This document shows, piece by piece, positions 38,800 to 51,130 of a stretch of DNA of 64,000 nt. The DNA is taken from the NCBI RefSeq assembly GCF_036971445.1, contig NC_091478.1, forward strand, positions 79,360,001-79,424,000. Direction: 5' to 3'. The notes below the pieces were generated by a model. That model was not told the origin of the DNA. It did not search any database and saw nothing but the letters and a program-made list of their open reading frames with translations. The position numbers and the translations under genes were made by a program. The stretch's first letter is position 1. The number at the start of each line of letters is the position of its first letter. The stretch comes from Narcine bancroftii. Its lineage: Eukaryota.

Positions 38800-39705
38800 T
38801 AATTTGAAGAAATTTTCATTTGTTTCATAATGGTTGTAATCCCTCTTCTTCCCTCCCTCTCTCAACCCCTCACCCACCTCCCCCTCAAAGAATAATTCAT
38901 ATATATATACATATTAAAAAATTATATATAGTGTAAAAAGAAAAAGAAACTGCAGTATTGTGGATTGCCCGGACCATCACTCCCTAACACACTAGAATTC
39001 AACAGATTTTATCTAATTATTTTCATTTTAAGGAAGAAGGTTAACACAGCTCTTAAGAGGCCAGAAGAACATTTCTATATATTTATACCCAAAAATCATG
39101 TATATACAGGCTCCAAATTTGAAAAAATATAGGACATTTATTTTTCAAATTGTTTGTAATTTTCTCTAAAGGAAGACAGCTTTGAATTTCCTCATTCCAT
39201 TTTCCGTATCTAAATATGAGTCCGATTTCCAAGTCACTGCATTTCCTAACTACTGACAATGCTATTTTAACAAGTTTCATTTGATATATTGATAATTTTA
39301 ATTTGGGTCTAGTTCCTTCTATATTTCCCAGTAGAAATACATCTCAGTTTAATGGAAATACTGTACCTGTAACTTGTTCTAAGAAGTTATGTAGATCCAC
39401 ACAAAAATGTTTTACCTTAGAACATGACCAAATTGAATGCAGGAAAGTGCCCATCTCTTCACCTCACCTAAAACATTGATCTGATATATCTGATTTTATT
39501 CTATTCAATTTTTGTGGTATTAAATTTAACTGATGTAAAAAAATATACTGAACTAATCTATATCTTACATTAATAGTATTTATCATACTATCTTGACAAA
39601 GATCTAACCATCTTTGCTCATCAATTATAATATTCACATTCAGCTCCATTTCTGCCTAGATTTATGCTGTATAATAGTTCCTTTTTGCAATAAAAGATAT
39701 CACTA
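38800..39705 (-). mobile_element. L1-clade LINE 3' fragment
   Basis: LVQYIFLHQL...DQCFR and SCLPLEKIT ORF2 C-terminal motifs; homologous to 48400-49120. Confidence 0.85.
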
Positions 39706-40340
39706 CAGTTTGCCTCTTTTCCTCCCTTCCCTTCTTAGCCTCAGGACCAGATTCCATGTCAGAGACCTGATCTCCATGGTTTGTCTCTGGTCGGTCATCA
39801 TTCCCAATAGTATCCAAAATGGTCTACTTGTTATTGATGGGTTGGCCACAGGGGTGCCCTGCACTGCCTGCCTGCCTGTTCCCTTTCCCTCTCCTGACTG
39901 TCACCCATCTACCCTCCTCCTGCCTCCTAGGTGTGATAGTATCCCTGTAACTCCTGTCTATCACCTCCTCTGCCTCCTGATTCAGAATTCATCCAACTCC
40001 AGTTCTAATTCCTTAACTCAGTTTGTCAGGAGCTGCAGCTGGATGGACTTCTTGCAGATGAGGTTGTCAGGGATACTGCTTGCTTCCCTGAAGACCCACA
40101 TATTGCAAGAGGAGTATTCCCCTGCCTTGGCTGCCATTCCCACTGTCTATGACTGGATGAAAAAAAATGATACCTAAAAAATCTGCCCTTATGTGTGCCT
40201 ACCTGCTGAATCCTTTTTGTACCTCAAATAGGGTGGCCCTTTCTGACTTCGTCTGACCATTCTTCGCCTCTTACCTGCTCTCACCGAAGCCTGAGCCAGA
40301 GCCTTACCACTCTGACACAGCCCACTCCAACGATGACCAC
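39706..40340 (-). mobile_element. CR1 LINE 5'/ORF1 region relic
   Basis: Degenerate CSSCNMW...ICKKS..LQLLTN.VKELELELDE zinc-finger/coiled-coil pattern on the minus strand. Confidence 0.6.
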
Positions 40341-41919
40341 TCCCCCAACTGTTGAACTTGATTGCCCAATCAACTGCTATCTACTGAGTCTCTTTTTTCT
40401 ACCCTTTTGTCTTCAACTGTTGAACTCAACAAACTTCAACTGATGAACCCAATTGAACAAAGTTGGGATCAGTCTTCCCGATTGCTACTTATATCACCTT
40501 CATTAATAAATACACTAGATCTAAACTGTAAAAGTCAAAATGGCAACACCATCCTTCTGAAGTATGTAGAATCACAAGATTTACAGCTTATTCCTACCAA
40601 TAAATCTTCGCCATGGGTACAGTCCAATTGCCTACATCAGAGACATTAGTTCATTTTTTAATCAGGAGATATTTTAACCAGCAATATAATCATTATTTGT
40701 CAATTTGACCCAGTAGGAGGGATGCTCAAGCCATTGTGCTTGGAGTCCATTTGACTTGAAATAAAAATACAGCAGTCCAAAATTATGCCAGCACTTTTCA
40801 TATATATATATATATATGTATATGGAGGCTATGAGTAAATGCAGTGATGTTGAATGATTGGCCACAGCCATAGAGTCTGAAATATCCTTCTTCTGTCTGT
40901 ACTGCATTGTTAACGTTCCCTTCCTGATCCTCCTCAGCCCCTGTCCTTTGTAATCCTTCAGACTTTCTTCAGTTATCTGCATCACCCCATTATCTGCCTA
41001 ATTCCAACGATCATCTCCACAACCCAACACCCCCCATTGTGTCAACCATTTCCTCATCATCTCTCTGATAGCCCCACCCCTTTATTATCTGCCTAACCCA
41101 TGCAATTCTCCACCATCCCCTACCATACCTACCCTGTGTTACCTTTACTCCAAATCAGTCTGCCTGCCATCCTTCTAGTGAAGGAGATCACAAATGAATT
41201 GTCTCCTGGCCCATACACCATGACCTCGGCCTTGTACATGGTAAAATATCAGCAGTGCTTCAACATGAAAATCCAACAGTACCCCAAGGTAAATTTTGCC
41301 TCTGGGCTATAATTTGAGTATTCCTGTTCCAAGGTAAAGATGGACGCATTAATGTGGTTAACTAATTCTAATTTAAAAAATTGTTTCAAGCTTTGTCACA
41401 GAGTTTCAAATTTTACTGGAGTCTAGAATTAAGTCAATTTACACAGGGCAATTCAGCTTCAAATTCAGATTGATACCAGATTAAATTGTGAGGAAGTGGG
41501 TTTTACGCATTAGACACCTACAAAGAACAGCTACAAAATTGTTGTGTGAAATAGTATTCTAACAAATTGTTACAATGATCATGAGAAAGCAGGGAATTCT
41601 TATACAAACACTCTAGTCTAGAATTGCTTAATGTCTCCTGTTTCACAGAACTGATAGTCACTCTACATGTGAACTTGGACTCTTGTCTGGTAGCCAACAA
41701 CTGAAATACATAAACATCAGATGAATGAGATCAACGCTATTTTAATCAATGTGAAGATGGTCCTACATTCACAATATCCTGTATCACTGAAATATAGACA
41801 TCTGCTGATATTCTCGTCGTCTGCTTCAATTCTTTGGTTTGTATTCAAGATTCAGCAAATTTGAGTGTTTTTCTAACTGGATGTGAGATCTAATAAGTGC
41901 ACACCCACAAGCTGCGAGT

Positions 41920-42255
41920 TCATCCAGTGTTCAGAATGACTTCACTCGTTTTTGAAATAGTTGCAGTAAAATTGTCCATACGAATCCTTACAACTTTTTC
42001 TTCATTGGAATGTGGGAGAAGAAATTTGCACACAAAGACCTGATGGCAGGCTTTCCGAAAATTCTCTGAAAGGAATGCATAAATTATAGGATTGATGCAG
42101 GAGTTCCCATACACCATGCAACATGAGATGATTATGAATGCAAATGATGCATTAGTTAGAGGGAAAACTCCGAACTGCACCCACATAGTTATAATGTGTT
42201 GAGGCAGCCAAGATAGAACAAAGGCGGCAACAACTAGCATGACTCTCTGGGCAAT
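41920..42255 (-). pseudogene. Last exon (TM6, TM7, C-terminal tail) of a galanin receptor type 1-like gene (GALR1b-like); frame open, locus probably pseudogenic
   Basis: Acceptor ttactctctccacag, then IAQRVMLVVAAFVLSWLPQHIITMWVQFGVFPLTNASFAF...NSCINPIIYAFLSENFRKA; the exon boundary matches GALR1 exon 3. Confidence 0.85.
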
Positions 42256-43087
42256 CTGTGGAGAGAGTAAAGAAGAAACAATTTATTTTCAAACATTAAC
42301 AGCAATTATATTGAAATACTTTGATCATAATCATATTATTCAGTTGCAGTTATTAGCAAGCCTTTTTTTTTATTATGGGCCACATGGTTTGCATAGTGGT
42401 TAGTGCATTGCTGTTACAGCGCCAGTGATTGGGACTGGGGTTTGAATCCCACTCTGTCTGTAAGGAGTTTGTACCTTCTCCCCATGTCCGTATGGATTTT
42501 CTCCAGGAGCTCCTGTTTCCTCCCACTGATCAAAATATACCAGGGTTGTAGGTTTATTGGGTGTAATTGGGCGGCACGAGCATGTGAGCAGAAAGGAACT
42601 ATTACCATGCTGTATGTCTAAATTATTCCCATAAGCTCAATTGTTTGCATCATTGCTAATGTACATGTCGTGAGACATACTTATTTAGATCCAATTTTAA
42701 AGGAATTTTCCAAAAATTTTGGTTTTCTCAATACGTTTTCACTTCAGGAAACAAAATGCTTGCAGATTGCTTTCTGTTCTCTGAGTTTTATGCATATTAG
42801 TGACCAAGATCTCTGAAATGCTTCTTGGTGGTATTAACTTTGATACATCTAGCCTGTTTCAAAGAAAAAAAGTAGGAAGGAAAAGAAATAAACTGAATTT
42901 AATGTGCAATTGCTGATTTGAAAATGATTTAGCATGAGTGCATCCTTGAACAATTTTCACAGTAATGTGAAAGAATAAGTTTAACAAATATGCTTAACAA
43001 AGGGTTAATGAATTGGGTGAGAATATAGTTGCCTTTTATCATAGGTGAGAATGTGACCGCCTTCTAACATGACCATCCCTTTGCTGT

Positions 43088-43422
43088 TCTTTCTTTCTTT
43101 CTTCTTTGGCTTGGCTTCGCGGATGAAGATTTATGGAGGGGTAATGTCCACGTCAGCTGCAGGCTCGTTTGTGGCTGACAAGTCCGATGCGGGACAGGCA
43201 GACACGGTTGCAGCGGTTGCAAGGGAAAATTGGTGGGTTGGGGTTGGGTGTGGGGTTTTTCCTCCATTGTCTTTTGAGGTGGACTCTGCGGTCTTCTTCA
43301 AAGGAGGTTGCTGCCCGCCGAACTCTGAGGTGCCAAGATGCACGGTTTGAGGCGATATCAGCCCATTGGCGGTGGTCAATGCGGCAGGCACCAAGAGATT
43401 TCTTTAGGCGGTACAAGGACTG
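43088..43422 (-). mobile_element. RTE LINE 3' fragment with an 11-bp TSD and a short 5' inversion
   Basis: ORF 43153..43416; ccctttgctgt at 43077-43087 and 43423-43433. Confidence 0.92.
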
Positions 43423-46400
43423 CCCTTTGCTGTAGTGAGATAGTAACCAAGATCAGCTTGTCTGCAGACACCACAATGGAACATATTGTTGTAAAAACAG
43501 GAATTACCAGTTGTGTGAAACTTGCAAGGTCTCACACAGACCCCCGCTTGAAGATGTAAAAAAATAGGATCAATACTTTGTATGCTTTGAGTGGGGATCA
43601 GTGTGGAGAATGAGTTACTGAACTCTTTCTTTGTACCCCTCACTCACGCTAGCATTAACAAGGCTGAATAAAGAAACTGTTGTATGCTTAATTGGTTCTG
43701 CTGTTTATTTTATGATAGTTGCAGGCTGACTTCACAGTAAGAGGCGACACACCAGCAAATGTAAATTGGCAGCACAGAAAAGGCCTAAACTGATTTTACT
43801 GAAAAATATGTGTTGAATGAATAAAAAGAGCTTTCTTTTTCAAATGGACAGACGGGAGTCTGGGGAACGGGGAAGGAGAAGTATGGGGTTGTAGCTTGGT
43901 TGGTGGGATGTTCAGTAATTTTATACCCTTTAGTTCCACAGCAGAGTCCATGATAGCCAACTTGGTTGGTGGCATTACTACCAAGATATTTATTTTTACT
44001 GCCCTTTACACATTCTTCAGCTCTGGCAAAGATTCTTAGAATTTGGCTCTGCATTGTGCTTTCCTCAACAAGGGACCACATCTCTCTTCTGCTGACAGAC
44101 TTTAATACCCCTGCTCTTTACTTCTGATGATCAGAGCTACACTATGTGCTGTAAATGGTACAACGACTAATCAAAGGCAGAATGAAAGTATGACAGGAAG
44201 TAGCAGAAACAATGACGGATAACCAAAGATCACAATTGTTTACATGTTGCCATTATATCATTTTGATGAAAAATGAGTGACTTTTAAAAAATACCAAGTT
44301 GAACATATTCCCCCTCCTCTTTTATAAGGAAGAGCAGTTAAGAATATCATGGGTGCCGATGAAGACCATTCACCCTGCAAATCTGGAGAGATGCTGTTTC
44401 TTCAGGTTGTTTATGTACAATCAGGTGATCATAATCCTGAACTTGAAATGTGCACAAGGTACTGAGGAGCCACGACCTTGAACTGTCTCAGTTGATGCAA
44501 AAGCAACATCCTGGGACTCTCTACCCAATTGCATTGTGCAAATATTTTCACCAGAAGAACTGCAGTCATCCAAGGTGACTTGGATGAACAGTTAAGGCTG
44601 CCCAATAAATTCAACCCTTAGCAACAACTATCATATCTGCACCAGAAACATTAATGTGTCCACACTCACAACAATTTCAGGTTTTCCTGCCTGCACCAGT
44701 TTTTCTGCTCATTTCATATGGTTAATTTCCCCTATCTTGGGTTAAATTCAGCTCCATGTGGAAACCCTTGCTGCCAGATGTTCTTGGCTGAACCAGTTTC
44801 TGATGTCTGCTCATTTAAAGTACAAGCTGGAGTTCAGTGTCCATGCATTAGACATGATGCTCAACCTGGGCTCAGTGGCCAGCCTCTGGGTGACAGGACA
44901 AGGTTAGGAGGAACTTTACACTGAGGAGGGCTGCCTCTCACCGACCTGGTTACTCCAGCCAGCTCATCGACTCCGCAAAGAAGTGCTGGCAAGAGTCTCC
45001 AATTATTTTATTTGAATGTATCTAATTATTTGTTAATTTTAAGGTGCTTTACTAATAATTATTTTACTATCAAAAGTTGTAAGAACCGTTATAAAGTCAC
45101 AACGGTGCGCAACTGTCCAGTTTGACACTGAGGACTATTCATCTTTTGATGCCTTTTCTCAGGTTGACTGTCAGGCACAGGGGGCCCACTCACTCAGCAT
45201 CCCCCAGTTGGAACAATCAGTTCCAGCCGGAAGCTGTGGCCAGGAGCCTGGACTGTCTTTTGTACCTGTATAATCCAGCCCAATGCAAGACAAATATGCA
45301 CACACCAATCAGGGCAGAATGTTATCAGAATGAATCAGTATGCTGGACAAATTAGTAACGTTGGACTTGCATGGTGACAGTTGAATTGCCCAAAGGAATT
45401 TTATTTTTGGCTTTCCTTGAAAAATGTTTTAAACTTGCTCTTTTCTGAGATGAAAAAAAGAAAAGCAGGCTATCTGATTTAGCAACAGAACACAGGAAAG
45501 CAATATAAGCCATCCATGAAGAAAGTTCAACAGTTGAGTATTTATGGTTAGTTGCCAGATGCCCAAACTCACCAGACTTCCAAATAGAGCAATCAGGCAG
45601 TCGCATTCCTCATCTGTGTTCATGTATTTTTGTCAACGATCAAATTTGCATTCTTTCGAAATATGCCATTATTTATGCTTTCCACAGCACTTCAGGCAAG
45701 CATTCTAAATTCAGACAACTCCCTGTATTGAATTGCCTTTCCCTTTTACTTTGTTAGAAAGTCTCATTAAAAGAAATGGAGGCACTGCCACTGCTGTGGA
45801 CTGACAGAAAGCGAGGAAACACAGGGTTCTTCCGCACAGTCCAACTACTGATGGCTCTGTACAGGCTTTAACCAGCCTATTAAAGGAACCAATGGTGGTT
45901 TATTTTAAAATCCTGTGACTGTGGGATCTTGGCCCAAGATGGCAGTGCTTATGATCGGCAGCAACCACGAGGGGTTGCAGACTCTGGGGGAGCAGAGCAC
46001 CAGAAACCAGGAAAACCACACCCCGCTCCAGAAGGAGAAGCAGAGGAGATCACAACATCTGACCAGTGAGGGGCTCTGCAGCTGAAGGGCACACAGGAGG
46101 TGGGCTGTGGATGACTCAAGGTGAGGAACCCACACAAGCTGAGGGCTGCTGGCAACTATGTTCAAAGAAATTGCACCAAGCTGTGGACTGCTAGAGACTG
46201 GCTCGAGGGTTACTAGGTATCAGAATCAGGATGCAAGAGGGTGCCAGAGAATGTTGGGCTCTTCCTGATCATGTCAGATGATTTGATCTGGAACTCAGGT
46301 TGCTGATGGCTTGAACTAGAACCTATGTGGCTGCAGAGGTTGAAGAGGCTAGGGAGCTCTGGAGGCAAATCCATAGGCAGTCAGTGACTCTGGGGGATTT

Positions 46401-48061
46401 TTATTTGCTTCTCTTTCTCTGATAGTAAGAGGTGCCTGGCAAACCAAGTACATTGGAACTCTTAGTGATTTTCAGAAACAGCAAATTCTGGTGGACCACG
46501 GGACATTCAGGCAACCAGCACACAGGGCCTTTAAGGAAGACCCAACCACTCAGACACAGAATGGACAGCAGGTTAAACTAAACACTGGGCCCTATCATCT
46601 TTCTAGCCAATGTACAATCATTAAAAAAATAAACTGGATAAACTCAGCCAGATTACAGCAACAGAGGGTCGTCAGTGTAAAATTTCTTTTATTATAATAA
46701 AGAAAAGTTCTTTTAAAACAACTATACATCATTACCTATAGAATTCATTCACAACCACGTGGAAGCATTAATCTTGACTCCACAAGAGCTGCAGCAAACT
46801 AGTCACCATCTTCCTCTATCAGCCAGGAGCATCACTAGCACTCTATCACTATATCCCCTTTCCTTGAAGTGTTTCATCTAACAATATGACACACTAATAC
46901 AGTATTCATTTCAATTTACAGTTCAACACAAACATAAACACAAACATCAGCAGCACAAACTTTTTAAGTATGCAGTCCCTTTACTTTTAGAGATTCAGTC
47001 TGTCGGTGCTTTAATAATGGGTGGATCATCTTAACACAGGTGTTTGTGTCAGCTCTTTTGGTCCACTACTGTCTAGCACTGGTGGTGTTTCTTCTGTTGC
47101 TGTGCAGACTGGATCTTGTGTATTTGTCTGTTCTTGCAGTGTCTCTTGCATTTTCAGCAGGCTCTTTTGATTCCTCCTCAGTATTTGACTAATCTCTGTT
47201 CTGACTGATGAATGTGCTATGATTAATCTTTAGTTATGATTAAATCTTTTTAGTAAAGTTTTGTAGGATTAGTTTTAGGGGCACAAAGACAATACATTTG
47301 CATTTTAAAAACAGAGATTCTTGGAAGGAGGCAGCTGGCCTCATTATCAATTAAGACATTTGTATTTTAAACACAATTACACACAGAAACCATTTTGAAA
47401 GTTGTAAAGTCTGATGTTTGCATCTGAAGCAGGGAGATGAAAAGATTTTATGATAGTTCTTGAAATACTGAAAACAATGGACTGTTTACTTGAGAAGCAT
47501 TTTTCTGGTCAATCCTGGACAACTCGGAAGCAATGTTTTGGAAGAAAGATACATCAAAGATAATTACTTTGATTCTGTACATAAGTAGATAAAGATTAAA
47601 TTATGCTTTTTTGGCATGAAGATGTTAAAAGGTTTAGAAAAGTTTCAAGGAATAGTAATGATGTCATACCATGTGACATGAAAGATCTGTATGGAATATA
47701 TGATCAAAATCAGACATTTTTGGATCAGTTGAAGAAGACAGCCATTCTGTAAGGCACAGGATTGAGAAAGCAGCAATATTTCCTTTACAGAAGGAAAGCT
47801 GTCTGTGTTCTTAGTTAAAGGAGGAACACCAAAAATGATACTTTAAAAGGAATTGCCATTCCAATTACCTCTAAGAAGAGGGAAGCCTCATGTGCTCATG
47901 GAAAAAAAAGGTCACTCTTGATTAGGAAAGAAATCATTGTGGAAAACTGACTCTGGGAGTTTGCAAAACCCTTAATATGAAGAAATATTGATCTGAAAAC
48001 AACTCTACCAAAGAAAGTTGTGTGTTTTAAAGTGGTCTGAGGATGTGATGTTTCAAAATTC

Positions 48062-51000
48062 TTTTTTTTTTAAAAAGTATTTTATTTACAAATCTTCAAA
48101 TCAAACAGTGCAAAAGACAAAATAAATCTCCGAAAAAAGTTATATACATCCATTAGTACCTATTGCATGTCTAACTATAATTAACCATANNNNNNNNNNN
48201 NNNNNNNNNNNNNNNNNNNNNNNNNNNNNNNNNNNNNNNNNNNNNNNNNNNNNNNNNNNNNNNNNNNNNNNNNNNNNNNNNNNNNNNNNNNNNNNNNNNN
48301 NNNNNNNNNNNNNNNNNNNAAGAAAAATAGTAAAAGAATAGAGAGCAAGAAAACAAGATAGTTCAAGACTAAAATGAAGAAAGAGAAACAAATAGAGGCT
48401 GGCAGATATGCACTGTCCACCTTCCAGGTCTTAAATTTTCTATGTCCAGGGGAGGGGTACAGACACTCTGAAGTGAGGGGAGGAAACTGAAAATTTACAA
48501 CTATTTTCCATAAATACAGCTGCCTAATGTTAATAAAAATTTCATATTTGTTCCTCAAACGAAGTGATTTTCTCAAGGGAACACAACTTTACATTTCTGC
48601 ATTCCATCGTGCCATTCCTAGATGGGAATCAGACTTCTAGGTAACTGCTATACATTTCCTCACTGCTAATGCGATCTTCACAAATTGCATTTGAAATTTG
48701 GACAGCCTCATTATAGGTCTTACACCCGTGATATTTCCCCAGTAAAAACAACTCTGGGTTTGTGGAAAATGTTTTCCTATAATTTGTTCTAGGAAATTCC
48801 CTAGATCTATCCAAAAGGGCCTCAGCTTGGAACATGACCAGGTTGAATGTAGAAAGGTTCCCACCTCTGTGCTGCATCCAAAACATTGGTCTGAAATTTC
48901 TGATTTAAGTTTATTTAATTTTTGTGGCATGAGATATAACTGATGCAAGAAATTATACTGTTCTCGTCTATATCTAACATTCACTGTATTTGTCATATTG
49001 TCTTGACATAGATTTGACCAGCCCTGTTCTTCAATTATTATGTTCAAATCTGATTCCTGCCTCTGTCTTGACTTATCTAACCCCCTTTTAGGAGTTTTTG
49101 CTTGAAATATGAAATACACTGCTTAAATACATTTCTTTATAATCCCCTTTTGAGTCAGAGTCTCCAAATCTCTCCACTTCAGTAAATTTACTGATGGACA
49201 TAATTTGTCCCTTAAATAAGATATCAGTTGAAAACAGCAGAGAAAAGAATTATTTAACTGATCAAATGACATAAGTTACCCCTGCTCCTAACAGTCCTTG
49301 ATCCCTTTCTCAGAGCAGGTGTCCAGGATTTTGTTATCCAATATTGATGGTATTAATCTATTTTTAGTCAGGGGTGTTTTTGGTGACAATGCTCCTTAAT
49401 TCCAATCTGCTGATATATTTTATACTAAACATTAATTACATGATCTAATAGTTGGGCTTCTCTCATTCCTGAAACCAATTTAGCATCCCATTTATAAATA
49501 AAATCTCCTACTCTGCTTTTGCCCTCCTTGTGCAGCTCATATTGTGCCCAGGATGGTCTATCTCCCACCCCCCCAAAAGAGAGAGGTGATAAACTTTAAC
49601 TGGGCTGCCCAGTAATATATTTTTTTAAAATCTGGGAGCCATAATCCTCCCAGGGCATAATCCCATGTTAATTACTTGATAGAGACTCTTACCTTTCCAG
49701 ATGAACTTTCTTCGATGTTTATTTAAATCCTGAAAAAATCTCTGGAAAAGTTATAGTGTTTGGAAGAGGTACCAAAGTCTTGGCAACATATTCATTTTAA
49801 TACAGTTAGCTCTACCAACTATGTAATCAGCAGAACCATCCATCTGTTTAAATCCTCTTCGATTTTCCTCAGTGGGGGACATAATTTAATTTATTTAAAT
49901 CTTGCAAATTATTATTTATTTTAATCCTTAAATATTTTATCCCAATTGAGCAGCCATTTAAATTGACTATTTATTTGATTATAACTGTAATCCCCTCTCG
50001 TAAGTGGCATTATTTTGCTATTGTCCCATTTTATCATGTATCCTGATTATCTTGCAATTTACAGTGCAGTTTTTCCAATGATCTTGCCGGTTCTGTCAAA
50101 TATATCAGTACATTGTCTGCAAAAAGATTGATCTTATGTTCATCCAGGTTTACCCTTAACCCTTTAATGTCTGGATCACAGAGAATAGCTTCTGCCAATT
50201 GTTCAATAGCCAAAATGAAAAGAGCCAGAGATAATGGACAACCCTGTCTACTAGATCTAATTAATAAGAATGTGTGGGAGAGATCTGCCTATTAGTCACA
50301 ACTTTTGCTTTGGGACCATGATACAATGCCTTAATCCAATTTATTAAAGTGTGTCCTAATCCAAATATTTCCAACATTTTTAAACAAGAAATCCCATTCT
50401 AGTCTATCAAAAGCTTTTTACCGTATCCAAGGCCACAGCCATACCAGGACCATTTCTTGATTAAGCCAGGTGTATTATATTAAACTGTCTATTTACATTG
50501 TATGTAGCCTTTCTTTTTTGCACAAAGCCCATTTGATCCTTATGTTAATTTTGACAAAAGCTTTTCCAATCTATATGCCAAGCCTTTGGCAATTATCTTA
50601 TAGTCCATGTTCAATAATGATATTGGACTATAAGATGATGGTTTTGATGGATCCCTATGCTTTTTAGGGATCATCATAATTATTGCTGACGAAAAAGATT
50701 TTGGGAGTATATGAGTTTCAGCTGCCTAATCCATCACCTCTATAAAAGGAAGTAATTGAATTCCTTATAAAATTCAGGGGGAAACCCCAGGAGATTTGTT
50801 AATCTGTAATGAACTTAGTGCTTCCTTTATTTCAGTTTCAGTAAAGACAGAATTCAGTCCTTCCCATTCCTCAAAATCTAAATTTGGAAGCTAATTCCAA
50901 CAAGAAATCTTCTATTTTATTAAAATACCCTTCAGATTCTGATTTATGCAGGTTTGCTTAAAATTGTTTAAAAATCTCATTTATATCTTGACGTTTATAA

Positions 51001-51130
51001 TAAATCCTGCTTGTTTCCATTTTGATCACATTAATTGTTCTTGAGACGTTCTACTTTCAACTGCCATGAGAAGACCTTGTGGGCTCTTTCAGCTTTTTGC
51101 TGACTTGTCATAGTTTGCTTTTTCTCTCCA
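48062..51130 (-). mobile_element. L1-clade LINE, decayed ORF2 RT to poly(A)
   Basis: KAFDRLEW, SRQGCPLS, INLFADNV and IKYLRIKI motifs; C..C.....FLHSTWSC (48637..49119); T-tract at 48062. Confidence 0.88.
48190..48319. other. Assembly gap (130 N)
   Basis: Run of n characters. Confidence 1.

Noticed and set aside
45352-45606. Basic stretch considered as the missing middle exon (ICL3) of the galanin receptor
   Set aside because: No convincing match to the VLxHLHKK...SKKK pattern and no suitable splice sites.
48140-48391. ORFs spanning the X run
   Set aside because: Artefacts of the assembly gap.
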